Positions 23,985 through 35,739 are shown, counted from the first letter of the stretch. The stretch is 45,542 bases of DNA from Octopus bimaculoides (GCF_001194135.2 NC_068991.1:14189138-14234679); one strand, 5' to 3'. Translations and numbers: made by a program. The notes: generated by a model not told the origin, from the letters alone.

Positions 23985-24355
23985 CCAGCGAAACGTTAAA
24001 AGCACCATTTGAGCATGATTGTTGTCAGGGCCGCTGACTGGATCCCGTATCAGTAGCGCATAAAAAAACACCATTGGAGTGTGGTCGTTGCCAGTGCCGC
24101 TGGGCTGGCTCCTGTGCAGGTGGCATGTAAAAAGCACCATTTGAGCATGGCCGACGCCAGTACCACCTGACTGGCCCTCGTTCCAGTGGCATGTAAAAGC
24201 ACCCACTACACTCTCAGAGTCATTGGTGTTAGGAAGGGCATCCAGCTGTAGAAACTTTGCCAGATCAGATTGGACATCGGTGCAGCCTTCTATCTCGCCA
24301 GCCCTCAGTCAAACCGTCCAACCCATGCCAGCATGGAAAGAAGACGTTAAATGAT
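23985..24355 (+). mobile_element. RTE 3' UTR with internal tandem repeats
   Basis: Four ~60-66-bp units containing (ggcatg)taaaaagcacc, then aggaagggcatccagctgtag..ccaacccatgccagcatggaaag..gacgttaaatgatg. Confidence 0.8.
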
Positions 24356-25278
24356 GCTACATGGTTGCAAAGTGAGTTTCTTAACCACACAGCCATTTTG
24401 TTGCCAACAGAGAAACAAATAAATAAATAAATACATAAATGAATAAAATAAAAATTACTTGCTCTACATTGTTAAAGAAGCAATCTTCCATTCTGGATTG
24501 AACTCAAAATTCTTCGTTCAATGAAGTTGGGAAAACAATCTCTTTCCTTGCCAAAAATCTTTCAGTAATTATTTTTTTTCCTAACTCCCAATGTTTCAGC
24601 AAGAAATAATCACAAATAACAAACTTTAAAAGTGCACTGCTCCAAACAGAGTATATAATTAAACAATTTTTAAAATGAGTATGATTCACGTGAGAACTGA
24701 GAAAGAATATTTCCAGCAAATCCCAAAACAAAACTTTGAGTTAATTCTTCTAAATTTGGCAAAAGTGTAGAAGCATATAAAGGCTTTGTGTGAAAGTGAT
24801 TCTGTGTGTGTGTGTGTGTTTTGGTTTACTGTTTCTTAAAAATTGAAACTTTAAAAAAGCCAAAGTAAAATGAGATATGTTGTAAGAGAGAAACTAATTA
24901 CTTGGTGTGCTAAAATTACTTTTATAAATAAGGTATTATTCTCACTAAATGTAATAATGTAAAGAGTTGAAAATTTTTCAATCAACTAAGGTTATCCAAG
25001 CAATTAGTAGGTAAAACATTCTCTAAGTATTTAAAATCTAAAAGCAACTAGCAAGTTTGGTATCCAGTGAGACCAGCTGACTGAAAGTTTTGGACAATAA
25101 AGGTATATGCTTAACTATATCTCTAGAAAGACCGTACCTACCACCTTACCTACCTACATACCAACATACCTAACTAACTTACATACATACATACTTATAT
25201 GTATGAATATATATATATAAAGTAAGGTACTGGAATACCACTTGCTAGAAATAGGAGTTAATACTCCAAATCCCCGCT

Positions 25279-25351
25279 AAGTTACGGAGACGTAAACACA
25301 CCAGCATTGGTTGTTAAGCAATGTTGGGGATCAAATGCAGACACAAACATA

Positions 25352-25394
<43 letters not shown>

Positions 25395-25588
25395 ACATAC
25401 ACACACACATATATATACATATATATGACAGGCTTCTTTCAGTTTCCATCTACCAAATCCACTCACAAGGCTTTGGTCGGCCCGAGGCTATAGTACAAGA
25501 CACTTACCCAAGGTGCCACGCAATGGGACTGAACCCGAAACCATGTGGTTACTAAGCAAGCTACTTACCACACAGCCACTCCTACACC
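25279..25588 (-). mobile_element. SINE family A copy (minus strand), 3'-truncated
   Basis: Reverse-colinear with 35963-36240. Confidence 0.9.
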
Positions 25589-25809
25589 TATTTTAAATAT
25601 TTATTCATTTAGTCATATATATATATATATGTATATAAGCAAGATATAAGTTAGGGGTTATGCAACCATCTAAGGGATAGATGTATTTGTAGGCACTCCT
25701 GGTGTATTACCTTACTATGTATAGTCCTAGTTATAAGTTATACGGTAGTAGGTAATTTAAAGGTAAAACTGTGGTTTAATATACAGAGAAGATATCTTCT
25801 CCATTTCTT

Positions 25810-25846
<37 letters not shown>

Positions 25847-26412
25847 ATATATATATACATATACATTTATATAAATACATATATATATATACGTATATAT
25901 ACATATATATATATATACATATATATCTAATCATATATATATGCATATACACACACAGAGACACACGTATATGCATACATATATATATCAATACACACAC
26001 ACACACACATACACACACACACACACATATGAAAGTAGAACTATAAATACATAAATCTTCATGTACAGATTGTCTGACTGAGAAGGTAGTTTAAGGCTAG
26101 TAGTAAAGTTAACAGAAAACTTGACCTTATTAACTAGAGTGCTGACATTTTGACTGATAGTTCAATGCAGTCAGATTTAATAATTCTAAAGTTTTCCTTT
26201 TGCCTTATTGACCAGCAAGCACTCTGTAGAATTTCATCTTTGGAACAGACAGACATTTCACGTTCATCAATAGACCTTTCACTAATAATACAACAGAATA
26301 TACATCATTGTTTATGAAATAATAAAGATTGTATTCTGTGCTTGTTACCTAAGACTGAGTCTGAGTGACATGTCGATGTCAACGAATTATCATTATGGGT
26401 TTGGTATATGTG

Positions 26413-26460
<48 letters not shown>

Positions 26461-27034
26461 NNNNNNNNNNNNNNNNNNNNNNNNNNNNNNNNNNNNNNNN
26501 NNNNNNNNNNNNNNNNNNNNNNNNNNNNNNNNNNNNNNNNNNNNNNNNNNNNNNNNNNNNNNNNNNNNNNNNNNNNNNNNNNNNNNNNNNNNNNNNNNNN
26601 NNNNNNNNNNNNNNNNNNNNNNNNNNNNNNNNNNNNNNNNNNNNNNNNNNNNNNNNNNNNNNNNNNNNNNNNNNNNNNNNNNNNNNNNNNNNNNNNNNNN
26701 NNNNNNNNNNNNNNNNNNNNNNNNNNNNNNNNNNNNNNNNNNNNNNNNNNNNNNNNNNNNNNNNNNNNNNNNNNNNNNNNNNNNNNNNNNNNNNNNNNNN
26801 NNNNNNNNNNNNNNNNNNNNNNNNNNNNNNNNNNNNNNNNNNNNNNNNNNNNNNNNNNNNNNNNNNNNNNNNNNNNNNNNNNNNNNNNNNNNNNNNNNNN
26901 NNNNNNNNNNNNNNNNNNNNNNNNNNNNNNNNNNNNNNNNNNNNNNNNNNNNNNNNNNNNNNNNNNNNNNNNNNNNNNNNNNNNNNNNNNNNNNNNNNNN
27001 NNNNNNNNNNNNNNNNNNNNNNNNNNNNNNNNNN

Positions 27035-27067
<33 letters not shown>

Positions 27068-27194
27068 TAGCTGCTTTCTTGTATACAAGCAAAGCTATCG
27101 CTGGAAAGATTCATTGAAATCAGTCACTGATGATGCAATGTGAGGCCCTTGAATGGGAGCGTTAAAACTGGTTCCCCTGGTGGTGAGGATTGAC

Positions 27195-27447
27195 TCGCAG
27201 GAGTCCTGCACCAGTGCCATGTAAAAAGCGCTTATGGTGGTACCATATAAAAGCATTCATGCAGTGTCATGTAAAAGCACCTGTGTGGTGCCATGCAAAT
27301 CCCAGCACACTCTATAAAGTGGTTGGCATTAGGAAAGGTATCCAGCCATAGAAACCATTCTGAATCAGAGTGGACCCTGGTGCAGCTTCCCAACTTGCCA
27401 GCTCTGATCAAATTGCCCATCCCATGCCAGCATGGAAAACATGTTAA

Positions 27448-27502
<55 letters not shown>

Positions 27503-27517
27503 GGATGATGATGATGA
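27195..27517 (+). mobile_element. RTE 3' UTR with (GAT)n tail
   Basis: taaaaagc repeats, gtggttggcattaggaaaggtatccagc, cccatgccagcatggaaaac, (GAT)n at 27447-27517. Confidence 0.8.
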
Positions 27518-27709
27518 AGTCCAAGAATAGCGGTGGTGATATAATTATTCTTTTATTATGTTCATTTCAAAAAATATCATGTTCAGATATATCATGAATG
27601 TCAATGAGTGTGTAATATTATATCATATTACGTGTAATTCATGTTCATCTCATCAGACAAAAGGCAAGGACTAAGGAAACTACTTGGATTTCTAAATCCT
27701 TTTAATCTG

Positions 27710-27822
<113 letters not shown>

Positions 27823-27852
27823 GTGAAATGACAGTATGATCCAATGAAAGAC

Positions 27853-27983
27853 TTATTTAAAACAAACTCCTGAAGAAGTGCATCATCTTACCCCTTTGAT
27901 GGATCAGTATGTTATTTAAATCAGCTCACCAATGTACTACAGGAATAAAAGTGGGTCGAAACAATTGTAGTGGTTTTAAATAA
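27853..27983 (+). ncRNA. Type I hammerhead-like motif with bulged stem I and an expanded stem II region
   Basis: ttatttaaaac (27853-63) pairs perfectly with gttttaaataa (27973-83). Core CTGAAGA at 27870-76, GAAAC-AATT-GTA at 27958-69. Stem II is poorly formed next to the core. Confidence 0.4.
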
Positions 27984-28253
27984 AGAATGTCGTTCAATCC
28001 ATTTTCTGTCTATCTATCTATCTATATATATATATATATATATATATATAGATACACACAAACACATATGTAGTTCAATAGATAGACAGACATACAGACA
28101 TACAGATGCATACATATATACATGCATACATATATATATATACACACGTGCATATATATATACGTATACATACATATACATATATATATATATATATACA
28201 TACATACTCACACACACATATATATACATACGTACGTATACACGCATGCACAC

Positions 28254-28284
<31 letters not shown>

Positions 28285-28389
28285 AAATGCATACTTAAGT
28301 GCATGTATGCATGTCTGCTCCTTGTGTGCTCTGGTACAAAAAAACCAATGATTCGGTCAAAAAGCATACTATATTCATTCTTTCAATAC

Positions 28390-28520
28390 ATGGAGATCAA
28401 TAAGATAAATGCCAGACTGAAAATAAGTATTGGTGTCGATATGATCAACTAAAACCTTTGATGAGGCCACTTAAGCATTACAGCAGCCCAATAACTGAAT
28501 CCAGTCAAAGAATAAAAGAA
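28390..28520 (+). mobile_element. Degraded SINE 3' tail
   Basis: aataagtattggtgtcgat..actgaatccagtcaaagaataaaagaata resembles the family A tail. Confidence 0.5.
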
Positions 28521-28816
28521 TATATATATGTATGCATATGGGTGTGCATGTTTTAGTGCATGTGCTTTTTCCAAGTCCATACATCTTAGTGCATTTGTGT
28601 ATGTTTCTATATCCATGTGCCTCTATTATACATCTCTGTGAGAACATACACCTATTATGCATGTATAGTTTTTTTATGATTTCACTTAGATATAATAATA
28701 TTAATAGCTAGTTGTTATAACTCAATGTGGTTACACATCCATGTAAGAAAGTACAGAATGTAACATCAATTAAAGAATGGCAAAAGAACAGGATTAATTA
28801 TAAACACCTTCATCAG

Positions 28817-28893
28817 CTTACAGCTGTTTTTGCTATAAGAAGCAATGTGCTCAGAGTTGAGTTATTGTGTAACTCTCTCTAGCTTCTTCAGAG
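28817..28893 (-). ncRNA. Degenerate hammerhead-like motif in a family E repeat
   Basis: The minus strand reads ct-CTGAAGA-a-GCTA..hairpin..TAGC-a-AAAAC-AGCT-GTA-ag. G12 is A here but G in the homolog at 10785-10802. Stem I is only 2 bp. Confidence 0.3.
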
Positions 28894-29059
28894 TTATTAC
28901 GACAAGCATATATTGTGCAATCTTTGATTTTCCTGTCCAAAAAGTTTTTAACCTAATATTTACTGATTATTATTCATAGCATTATCTGCTTCAAATTCTA
29001 TAGTTCAAAACAAATTATATATAAAACTGTTTTAGACGTGTTTTGACCTTGTCACTACA

Positions 29060-29470
29060 CAGTAATTTCTCTTTGTGTTTTTAACGGTCATTTTTCACAG
29101 GGATTTTCAATTGGCCAGATAACTGAAGTGATGTTGGCGTGGGCTCCCACCCTGGCATCCGAAACTCTGAGTTTTATCATGGCTACTGAATAAGTGTCAC
29201 ATATTTTTACAGATAAATTCCTCTATTTGCATAATATCGAGGTCTCTTTGTTTCTTTTGTTGTCCTTCCTGTCATATATATATATGTATAATAATATTAG
29301 GGACAAAATCTAAAATTACAGGTAAAAACTCAATTAAAATCAATTTATAAAAAATTAAAATTAAATTGAGCTTTACAGATTAAAATTTTTCTATATGTGA
29401 TAGTGGATTTTCATCGATGAGTTCATGAAACTTGGTTCTTTTCCCTAAAACTATATATTTATATATATAT
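29060..29470 (+). mobile_element. Family D hammerhead-bearing repeat (Penelope-like / retrozyme-like, TA-associated)
   Basis: Parts recur at 16655-16745 (inverted) and 42618-42748. It contains the hammerhead fold 29118-29178. Confidence 0.65.
29118..29178 (+). ncRNA. Type I hammerhead ribozyme-like motif (best in the window)
   Basis: gataa/ttatc is a perfect 5-bp stem I. Core CTGAAG(T). Long stem II gatg..gtgg(gctc)ccac..catc. GAAA-CTC(t)GAG-T-T gives a palindromic stem III and a GUU site. The sibling copy at 16741-16744 retains core A9. Confidence 0.7.
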
Positions 29471-29820
29471 GTGTGTATATATATNNNNNNNNNNNNNNNN
29501 NNNNNNNNNNNNNNNNNNNNNNNNNNNNNNNNNNNNNNNNNNNNNNNNNNNNNNNNNNNNNNNNNNNNNNNNNNNNNNNNNNNNNNNNNNNNNNNNNNNN
29601 NNNNNNNNNNNNNNNNNNNNNNNNNNNNNNNNNNNNNNNNNNNNNNNNNNNNNNNNNNNNNNNNNNNNNNNNNNNNNNNNNNNNNNNNNNNNNNNNNNNN
29701 NNNNNNNNNNNNNNNNNNNNNNNNNNNNNNNNNNNNNNNNNNNNNNNNNNNNNNNNNNNNNNNNNNNNNNNNNNNNNNNNNNNNNNNNNNNNNNNNNNNN
29801 NNNNNNNNNNNNNNNNNNNN

Positions 29821-29858
<38 letters not shown>

Positions 29859-30461
29859 ACACAAGAAAAAAAAAATATATATATGCCCAAGATACCATGA
29901 ATCCAGAACCATGTGATTGAGAAAGAAGCTTAGCCATGCCTATGCTTATGTATGTATGTATGTATGTATGTATGTATGTATGTATGCATGTAAATGCATA
30001 TATACATGAACATGTGACAGTTCTATAAGTGCTTCCATCTTAACAGTTCTTACATACATGAAATATTTCCTCAGTTTCATTGGTGTATGATTTTTCACAT
30101 GAAATTCCACAAGCATCAGCTGTCAGTCAAACTAAAATAATATCTAAATAGTACAAAATACAGAATACAAAATATAAACTAAAAACTAACAAAAAGTACA
30201 CAAACAATAATAATGAATGAAAATCGTAGTTAAAACAACTTTATAAGATTTCTTCAAATTTCAAGAATAAATTAGCCTGGATCTGAAGATATTGGACACA
30301 TTCTCAAGGGTGGTATAACATAATCTTTGATATTATCAGTAAATTCAAATGACAGCTTGTTTTTTTAAGATTAGTTACATATTCGGTGAATAATTTTTAA
30401 CATTGTGAAAGCAACGTTTTTGATTTCTGAATATGTGTGTGTCTGTATGTGTGTATATGTA

Positions 30462-30492
<31 letters not shown>

Positions 30493-30582
30493 TTGTGCTT
30501 GTCCGTGTTTGTAAGTGTATCCACATGCAACTATAGAGCTGTATATATATGTATGAACATTTGCATAAACAGACACACATAT

Positions 30583-30800
30583 CATCATCGTCATCATTTA
30601 ACGTCAGTTTTCCATGCTGACATGGGTTGGAGAGTTTAACAGGAAAGAACCTGGCAAGGCCAGGAGCTGCACACCAAGTTCCAGTATCTGTTTTGGTACA
30701 GTTACTATGGTTGGATGCCTTTCCCAATGCCAATCACTTTACAGAGTGTACTGCATGCTTTTTTTGTGGCACCAGCACCAGTGATTCTTATATGGCACCA
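30583..30800 (-). mobile_element. RTE 3' terminus (minus strand)
   Basis: catcat-ttaacgtcagttttccatgctgacatgggttgg..ggatgcctttcccaatgccaatcac. Confidence 0.8.
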
Positions 30801-30814
30801 GCAGTAGGAAGGAA

Positions 30815-31170
30815 TTTCAACCATGTTTCGTGGTCTGCTTCCACAACAGCTCTTTTATAGAATCCAGTTAGCTCAAGACATCATCAGGAGGAACCACGTC
30901 CGGTTTTGGCCCCTATTCCTCTACCGTTTTGACGTGGCAGGGCCCCTCCCCCCTTTCGGAGGTGTCTTCTGCTCTGGTGCTGAGTGCATGTCTTCTTTCT
31001 TCTGTTCCCTGGCCTCTTTGATGCAGCGTCAACAAGTGTCAGCAGCTGACTGACTGTCTTGTCAAATTTCCCTTTAAATACCTGCTGCTAGGCTCCAGCA
31101 GGCAGCCCCAGCAAGTTGCCATGTGACACTGTCTAGACTTTAACTGACCAATGGAGGGCGCGTAGATCTT
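30815..31170 (-). other. GC-richer unassigned block with CCAAT, TATTTAAA, a GAAA-tetraloop hairpin and CTGATGA..CGAAAC (possible Penelope-type pseudo-LTR)
   Basis: ccaat at 31148-52, tatttaaa (minus) at 31073-80, CCUCC-GAAA-GGGGG (minus) at 30949-62, CTGATGA at 30881-87, CGAAAC at 30825-30. Confidence 0.3.
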
Positions 31171-31586
31171 TTTACGTGACACCCACCAGCTCTAGTTCTT
31201 TTTATGTGACACCTGCATTGATAGGATCACAAAAGACAAAAACCCCTCTACTGGGAGTGGAGAGTAATATTGAGGAAGGGTGCCTTTACGACAGTTGATG
31301 AGAGATTAAAGGTATAGAGGGACAGGAATAGGTATCTTACTATAGAGTAGATGCGGGGTCCACTTCATTATATAAACCACCCTGTCAGTTGGGTGTACAC
31401 TTCATCATATTTACACATTCTTATTTATCTCCTCCTCCCCCTTCTCTCTCCCCACATTCTATACACCTAAGGTAGCCATGCTTCTCCTCTACTTCCAGAC
31501 ACTTATTTCTGTGTGGAGGACCATGGCTTAATGGTTAGGGTGTTGGACTCATGATTGTAAGCTGCCCTTGTGGCAAAAATTTGAAA

Positions 31587-31589
31587 TTA

Positions 31590-31681
<92 letters not shown>
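31587..31681. repeat. (TTA)n-(TAG)n compound microsatellite
   Basis: Read directly. Confidence 0.95.
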
Positions 31682-31682
<1 letters not shown>

Positions 31683-31872
31683 AGTCACTCAATCAGTCAG
31701 TCAGTCAATATTTCAAACTTAACGTGACTTTTGGCTTGATTCGGTAACCCATGCTGATATGAAATCAACAAACATGATAATAGTTGCCAAATAGAGTGAA
31801 GTCTTGGTAAGTTCATATTTATCAGAAGTGATAATAAATTAGCTAAGCCAGTCAACAAACTCACTATATGCA

Positions 31873-31941
<69 letters not shown>

Positions 31942-32379
31942 ACACGCACACATATATATATGTAAATGTATGTGTACATGTCTAACTATATACTATATTT
32001 ATGTATATGAATGTATGCATAATTACTTCCGCATTGCTAGCGTTCATGTTGCTGATAGCATTTCTGCACTTGCCTTGCATGGTTCTCACAAACCATTCAT
32101 ATGCACGTAGTTTTCTTAGCAACCATCAGACTACAAAATGCGATAACCTGTCAAAGGCCTGCTCCAGGTCAATGAATGATGGGTATAATGGTTCAATCTT
32201 AGCAAATAACTTTTGTAGTCCTGTAGTTGTCTAGTAGTGAGTGTGGGCGATGCCTGGTCCTGGCACCAACCAGAACATATGCTTATCTCAGTTGATTCTC
32301 TTCATAAGTAGCTGAGCTATGTTTCTGTGACTTTCATAGGTCGCTCCATTAATTTGATACCTCTGGTGCTTGCTATGCC

Positions 32380-32715
32380 ACATGAAAAACATTGATGCTG
32401 ATGCCACATTAAAAGCATTGGCACTGGCGCCACACAAAAATCATTGTAGTTGGTGCCACATAAAAAGCATTGGTGTTGGTGTAATATTAAAAGCACCTAG
32501 TACACTCTCGAAAGTGGTTGGCATTAGGAAGGGCATCCAGCAGTAGAAACCATGCCAAAACTGACCATGGAACATGGTGTGACCCCTGGCCTTGCCAGTT
32601 CTTGTCAAGCTGTCCAACTTATGTAAGCATGGAAAACAGATGTTAAATGATGATAATGATGATGATGATGATGATGACGACGATGATGATGACGACAATG
32701 ATGGCGATGATGATG
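32380..32715 (+). mobile_element. RTE 3' UTR with (GAT)n tail
   Basis: aaaagcattgg repeats, gtggttggcattaggaagggcatccagc, gcatggaaaacagatgttaaatgatga. Confidence 0.8.
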
Positions 32716-32720
32716 GTACA

Positions 32721-32836
32721 TTAAGGGTACGCGTGTCTGTGGAGTGCTCAGCCACTTGCACGTTAATTTCACGAGCAGGCTGTTCCGTGAAACTGGAACC
32801 CGCGACGTCGTCAGCGACGGAGTGCCAACAACAACG
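32721..32836 (+). mobile_element. 5'-truncated SINE family B tail
   Basis: Matches 22677-22797, with an internal deletion (ccgtgaaactgg versus ccggtgatcagatcaactgg). Confidence 0.9.
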
Positions 32837-32937
32837 GTGTTGTTCCTCGCTTACTTTTTGTCTAGGTCTTCTATGATAGTCTTTTATATATTCTTATAGC
32901 TCTTTCTGGTGTACCATTCGACCACCACACACAGCAC

Positions 32938-32973
<36 letters not shown>

Positions 32974-33702
32974 CTGCAGTAGAAACGCGTGTAGATCATT
33001 ATAATATGATGCATATAACTATAAAATAAATTTTGTGGATGTACAAGTCTTCATACTCATCATTATTAATATTAATATATATATTATGTTTATATATATA
33101 TTATATATACATATACATGTGTGTTTGTGTGTGTGTGTGTGTGTGACAGATTGATACACTAATAAACAGGCTAAGCACTAAGTTAATTAAATCAGTAAAA
33201 TTAACACACTATAGGCTAATGAATATCGGTTACTTGACTGTATGAGCTGACTTATCTAAGAAGGTCAAAGTGAATGATTTATATAGTATATTGCTAAATG
33301 GATGAACTAATGATTATGTTGTAAATTTACCGCTTTTAGGTTTTGGACTTCAACCTCTCTTGGTGCAACCCCAAAATTTGTACACTTATCTATATTCTGA
33401 TTCTATTCTAGTTCTGTGACTGGCTGCAGCCTTTGGACAGCAGTCATAACTGGATCATTACTTATTAAAGTTTATGATTGATTGCATTGGAGACAGTATT
33501 TTCTGTGCCGTTTCATCAATCTTTCATTATCAAATAGCTAAAGTCCATTCAGTATCAGAATGCATAACAACCTTATATGGAATATATACACACAATGTAT
33601 TTATGTTTGTAATGCACAATATTAACGACATCCCCAATAATATACAGCCTGTATTCATAAATAAATTATATATATACATATATACATACATACATACATT
33701 TA

Positions 33703-33844
33703 TATTTAAAATTATAATATAGGGTATCTAAGAGATACGACCACACTGAAAAATGAACATTTATAGTGGTTTAGAGTCAAGATTTGACTGCTATTTTTCA
33801 GCGTGGTGGTATCTCTTAGATACCCTATATTATAATTTTAAATA
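33703..33844. mobile_element. 142-bp near-perfect palindrome (MITE-like)
   Basis: 52-bp arms 33703-33754 and 33793-33844 with 2 mismatches; 38-bp spacer. Confidence 0.75.
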
Positions 33845-34314
33845 ATTGTTACCTTTGATGGTTTTTATTGCCATGCTGGCCACTTGATAAGATCAATATT
33901 TTTATATATCAATCTTATCCTTATTTTATATATATACATACATATATAGACACACACACACACACACATATAAAAACCAAGAGAGAGAAGATGGAGATAA
34001 GATTAATAAAAAAAATTATTAATACATTGACAAGACCTACAATTGTTTCAATTCATTTCTTATAGTATAAAAATCAATCAAATTTAATTTGATTTAATTA
34101 AATCAATTTGGTTAATTATTATTAGCCAGAATATCATCAGGGAAGAACATACAAAGAAATTTATATATATCATATTGAAATCATAATGAAAATATTAAAT
34201 AATCAAACAGGAAAAATACAGTGTACCATTAAAATTAATACATAATATAAAAATATATACAGTTATAAAAATAGTTATTGTCATAAATTAATATAAATAA
34301 CAGTAATGTTAATA

Positions 34315-34371
34315 CAGACATACCCATATAAAAATATGATGTTTTGTTGTATTTTTATATGGGTAGGTCTG
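34315..34371 (+). other. 57-nt stem-loop (22-bp arms, 1 mismatch)
   Basis: cagacatacccatataaaaata / tatttttatatgggtaggtctg; G.U pairs extend the stem on the plus strand. Confidence 0.6.
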
Positions 34372-34869
34372 CAAATGTGTTTGTGAAGGTCTGGAAATGT
34401 TAAATATGAATATTGGAACCTTATAGTGTCAAACTAGCTGTGAAAAAAAGCTAATATGAAAATATGAAAAATCTCAAATAAAAGAGGATAAACTTGAACA
34501 GTTGTGTATTTAATGTATGTGTGTGTGTGTGTGTGATGTGGTGGTGAGGATGTTGCCTTTAGAACTAAATGGTTGTGGTTTTGGTCCCTGTCAGTAGCAA
34601 AACGCTTCATTTCCAGTTGCTCTGTGATCACTTTGAAATTTGATACATGGCTCACCATACAGGAAATATCAATTTAATGGAAGGAGTGAGCAAATTGTGC
34701 AACAAAAATATTTGATCACTATAAATAAATTATCTGTTCCTGTTGTTCAAGTAATTGTGGAACCTTCATCTATCATTTTATGACAGAAGAGTCCACAATA
34801 TATATATATATAAAAAGAAAGAGAGGAAGAGAGAGAGAGAGAGAGAGAGAGATTATGTATTAATAGATA

Positions 34870-34907
<38 letters not shown>

Positions 34908-35270
34908 TGTACGTATATACATATTATATGTACTTACACACATATACAACAGGCTACTCCACAAGTTTAGCCAAAATCCCTTCATCTACATGCTATCGAT
35001 CAACCCAATGCTATGGTAGAAAACATTTGGGTTTGATATCATGCAATCAGCCTGAAACCGGAACACCAAAACACACCATTATAAAGCAAACTTCTTCACT
35101 AATTAACTGTGTCTGAGTTCAAAATCAAATATCACTCAGATCAAAAGATATTTTCCTATCCCACAGAGATCCATGAAGCATTTTATTATTTCTACACTCC
35201 TCCTCCTACTCCTCATCATCATCATCATCCTCTGGACAAAACGCTTGGCATTTTGTCCATATTTACTGAG

Positions 35271-35642
35271 CATGTTCCCACTTTGTGTGGTAATCTTTAT
35301 CTGTCACCCACTTGAATGGTTTTACTTCATAATATATATATTAGCTTTAAATCCTTGCACATATATTCTTTCTAATTTTAGTGCAAGACCAACAATTATA
35401 AAGGGAGGGAACACATCAGTTTATATTGACCTCAGTTATTTGACTGGCACTTTATTTTATCGGATTTGAAAGGACAAAAAACAGAAATCAACCATGGTGG
35501 AATTTGAACTCAGAAAGCATTTTTTCTAATGCTCTAACAATTTAGTCAGCTCACTGCATGTTCCCAGTTTGTGTGATAGTCTTCATCTGTCACCCACTTC
35601 AATGTTTTTACTTCATAATGTTTATTAGCTTTAAATCCTTGC
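35271..35642 (+). repeat. ~87-bp direct duplication (35271-35358 / 35557-35642) bracketing a reverse SINE C fragment
   Basis: catgttccca..ctgtcacccactt..ttacttcataat..ttagctttaaatccttgc occurs twice, 286 bp apart. Confidence 0.85.
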
Positions 35643-35739
35643 TCCAACATTAAATCCTTGCTCCAACATTAAATCCTTGCTCCAACATTGGAACTGCTCT
35701 ATTACTATTGAAATATGCTCTATTACTATTGAAATATGC
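35631..35739 (+). repeat. Perfect short tandem duplications: 19-bp x3 and 21-bp x2
   Basis: ttaaatccttgctccaaca x3 (35631-35687); tgctctattactattgaaata x2 (35695-35736). Confidence 0.95.

Noticed and set aside
23985-24215. Regularly spaced repeats resembling a CRISPR array
   Set aside because: This is eukaryotic DNA, the repeats are degenerate and part of the RTE UTR, and there are no cas genes.
24504-24731. 75-aa minus-strand ORF in unique sequence
   Set aside because: No motif and no in-frame splice context that I can support.
29414-29437. tcgatga-gttcat-gaaac-ttg-gtt, a second hammerhead-like string (also at about 42646-42669)
   Set aside because: The core begins UC rather than CU, there is no stem I pairing, and the second copy has GAAC.
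32982-32991. gaaacgcgtg stem III-like motif
   Set aside because: The cleavage position would be G and there is no upstream core.
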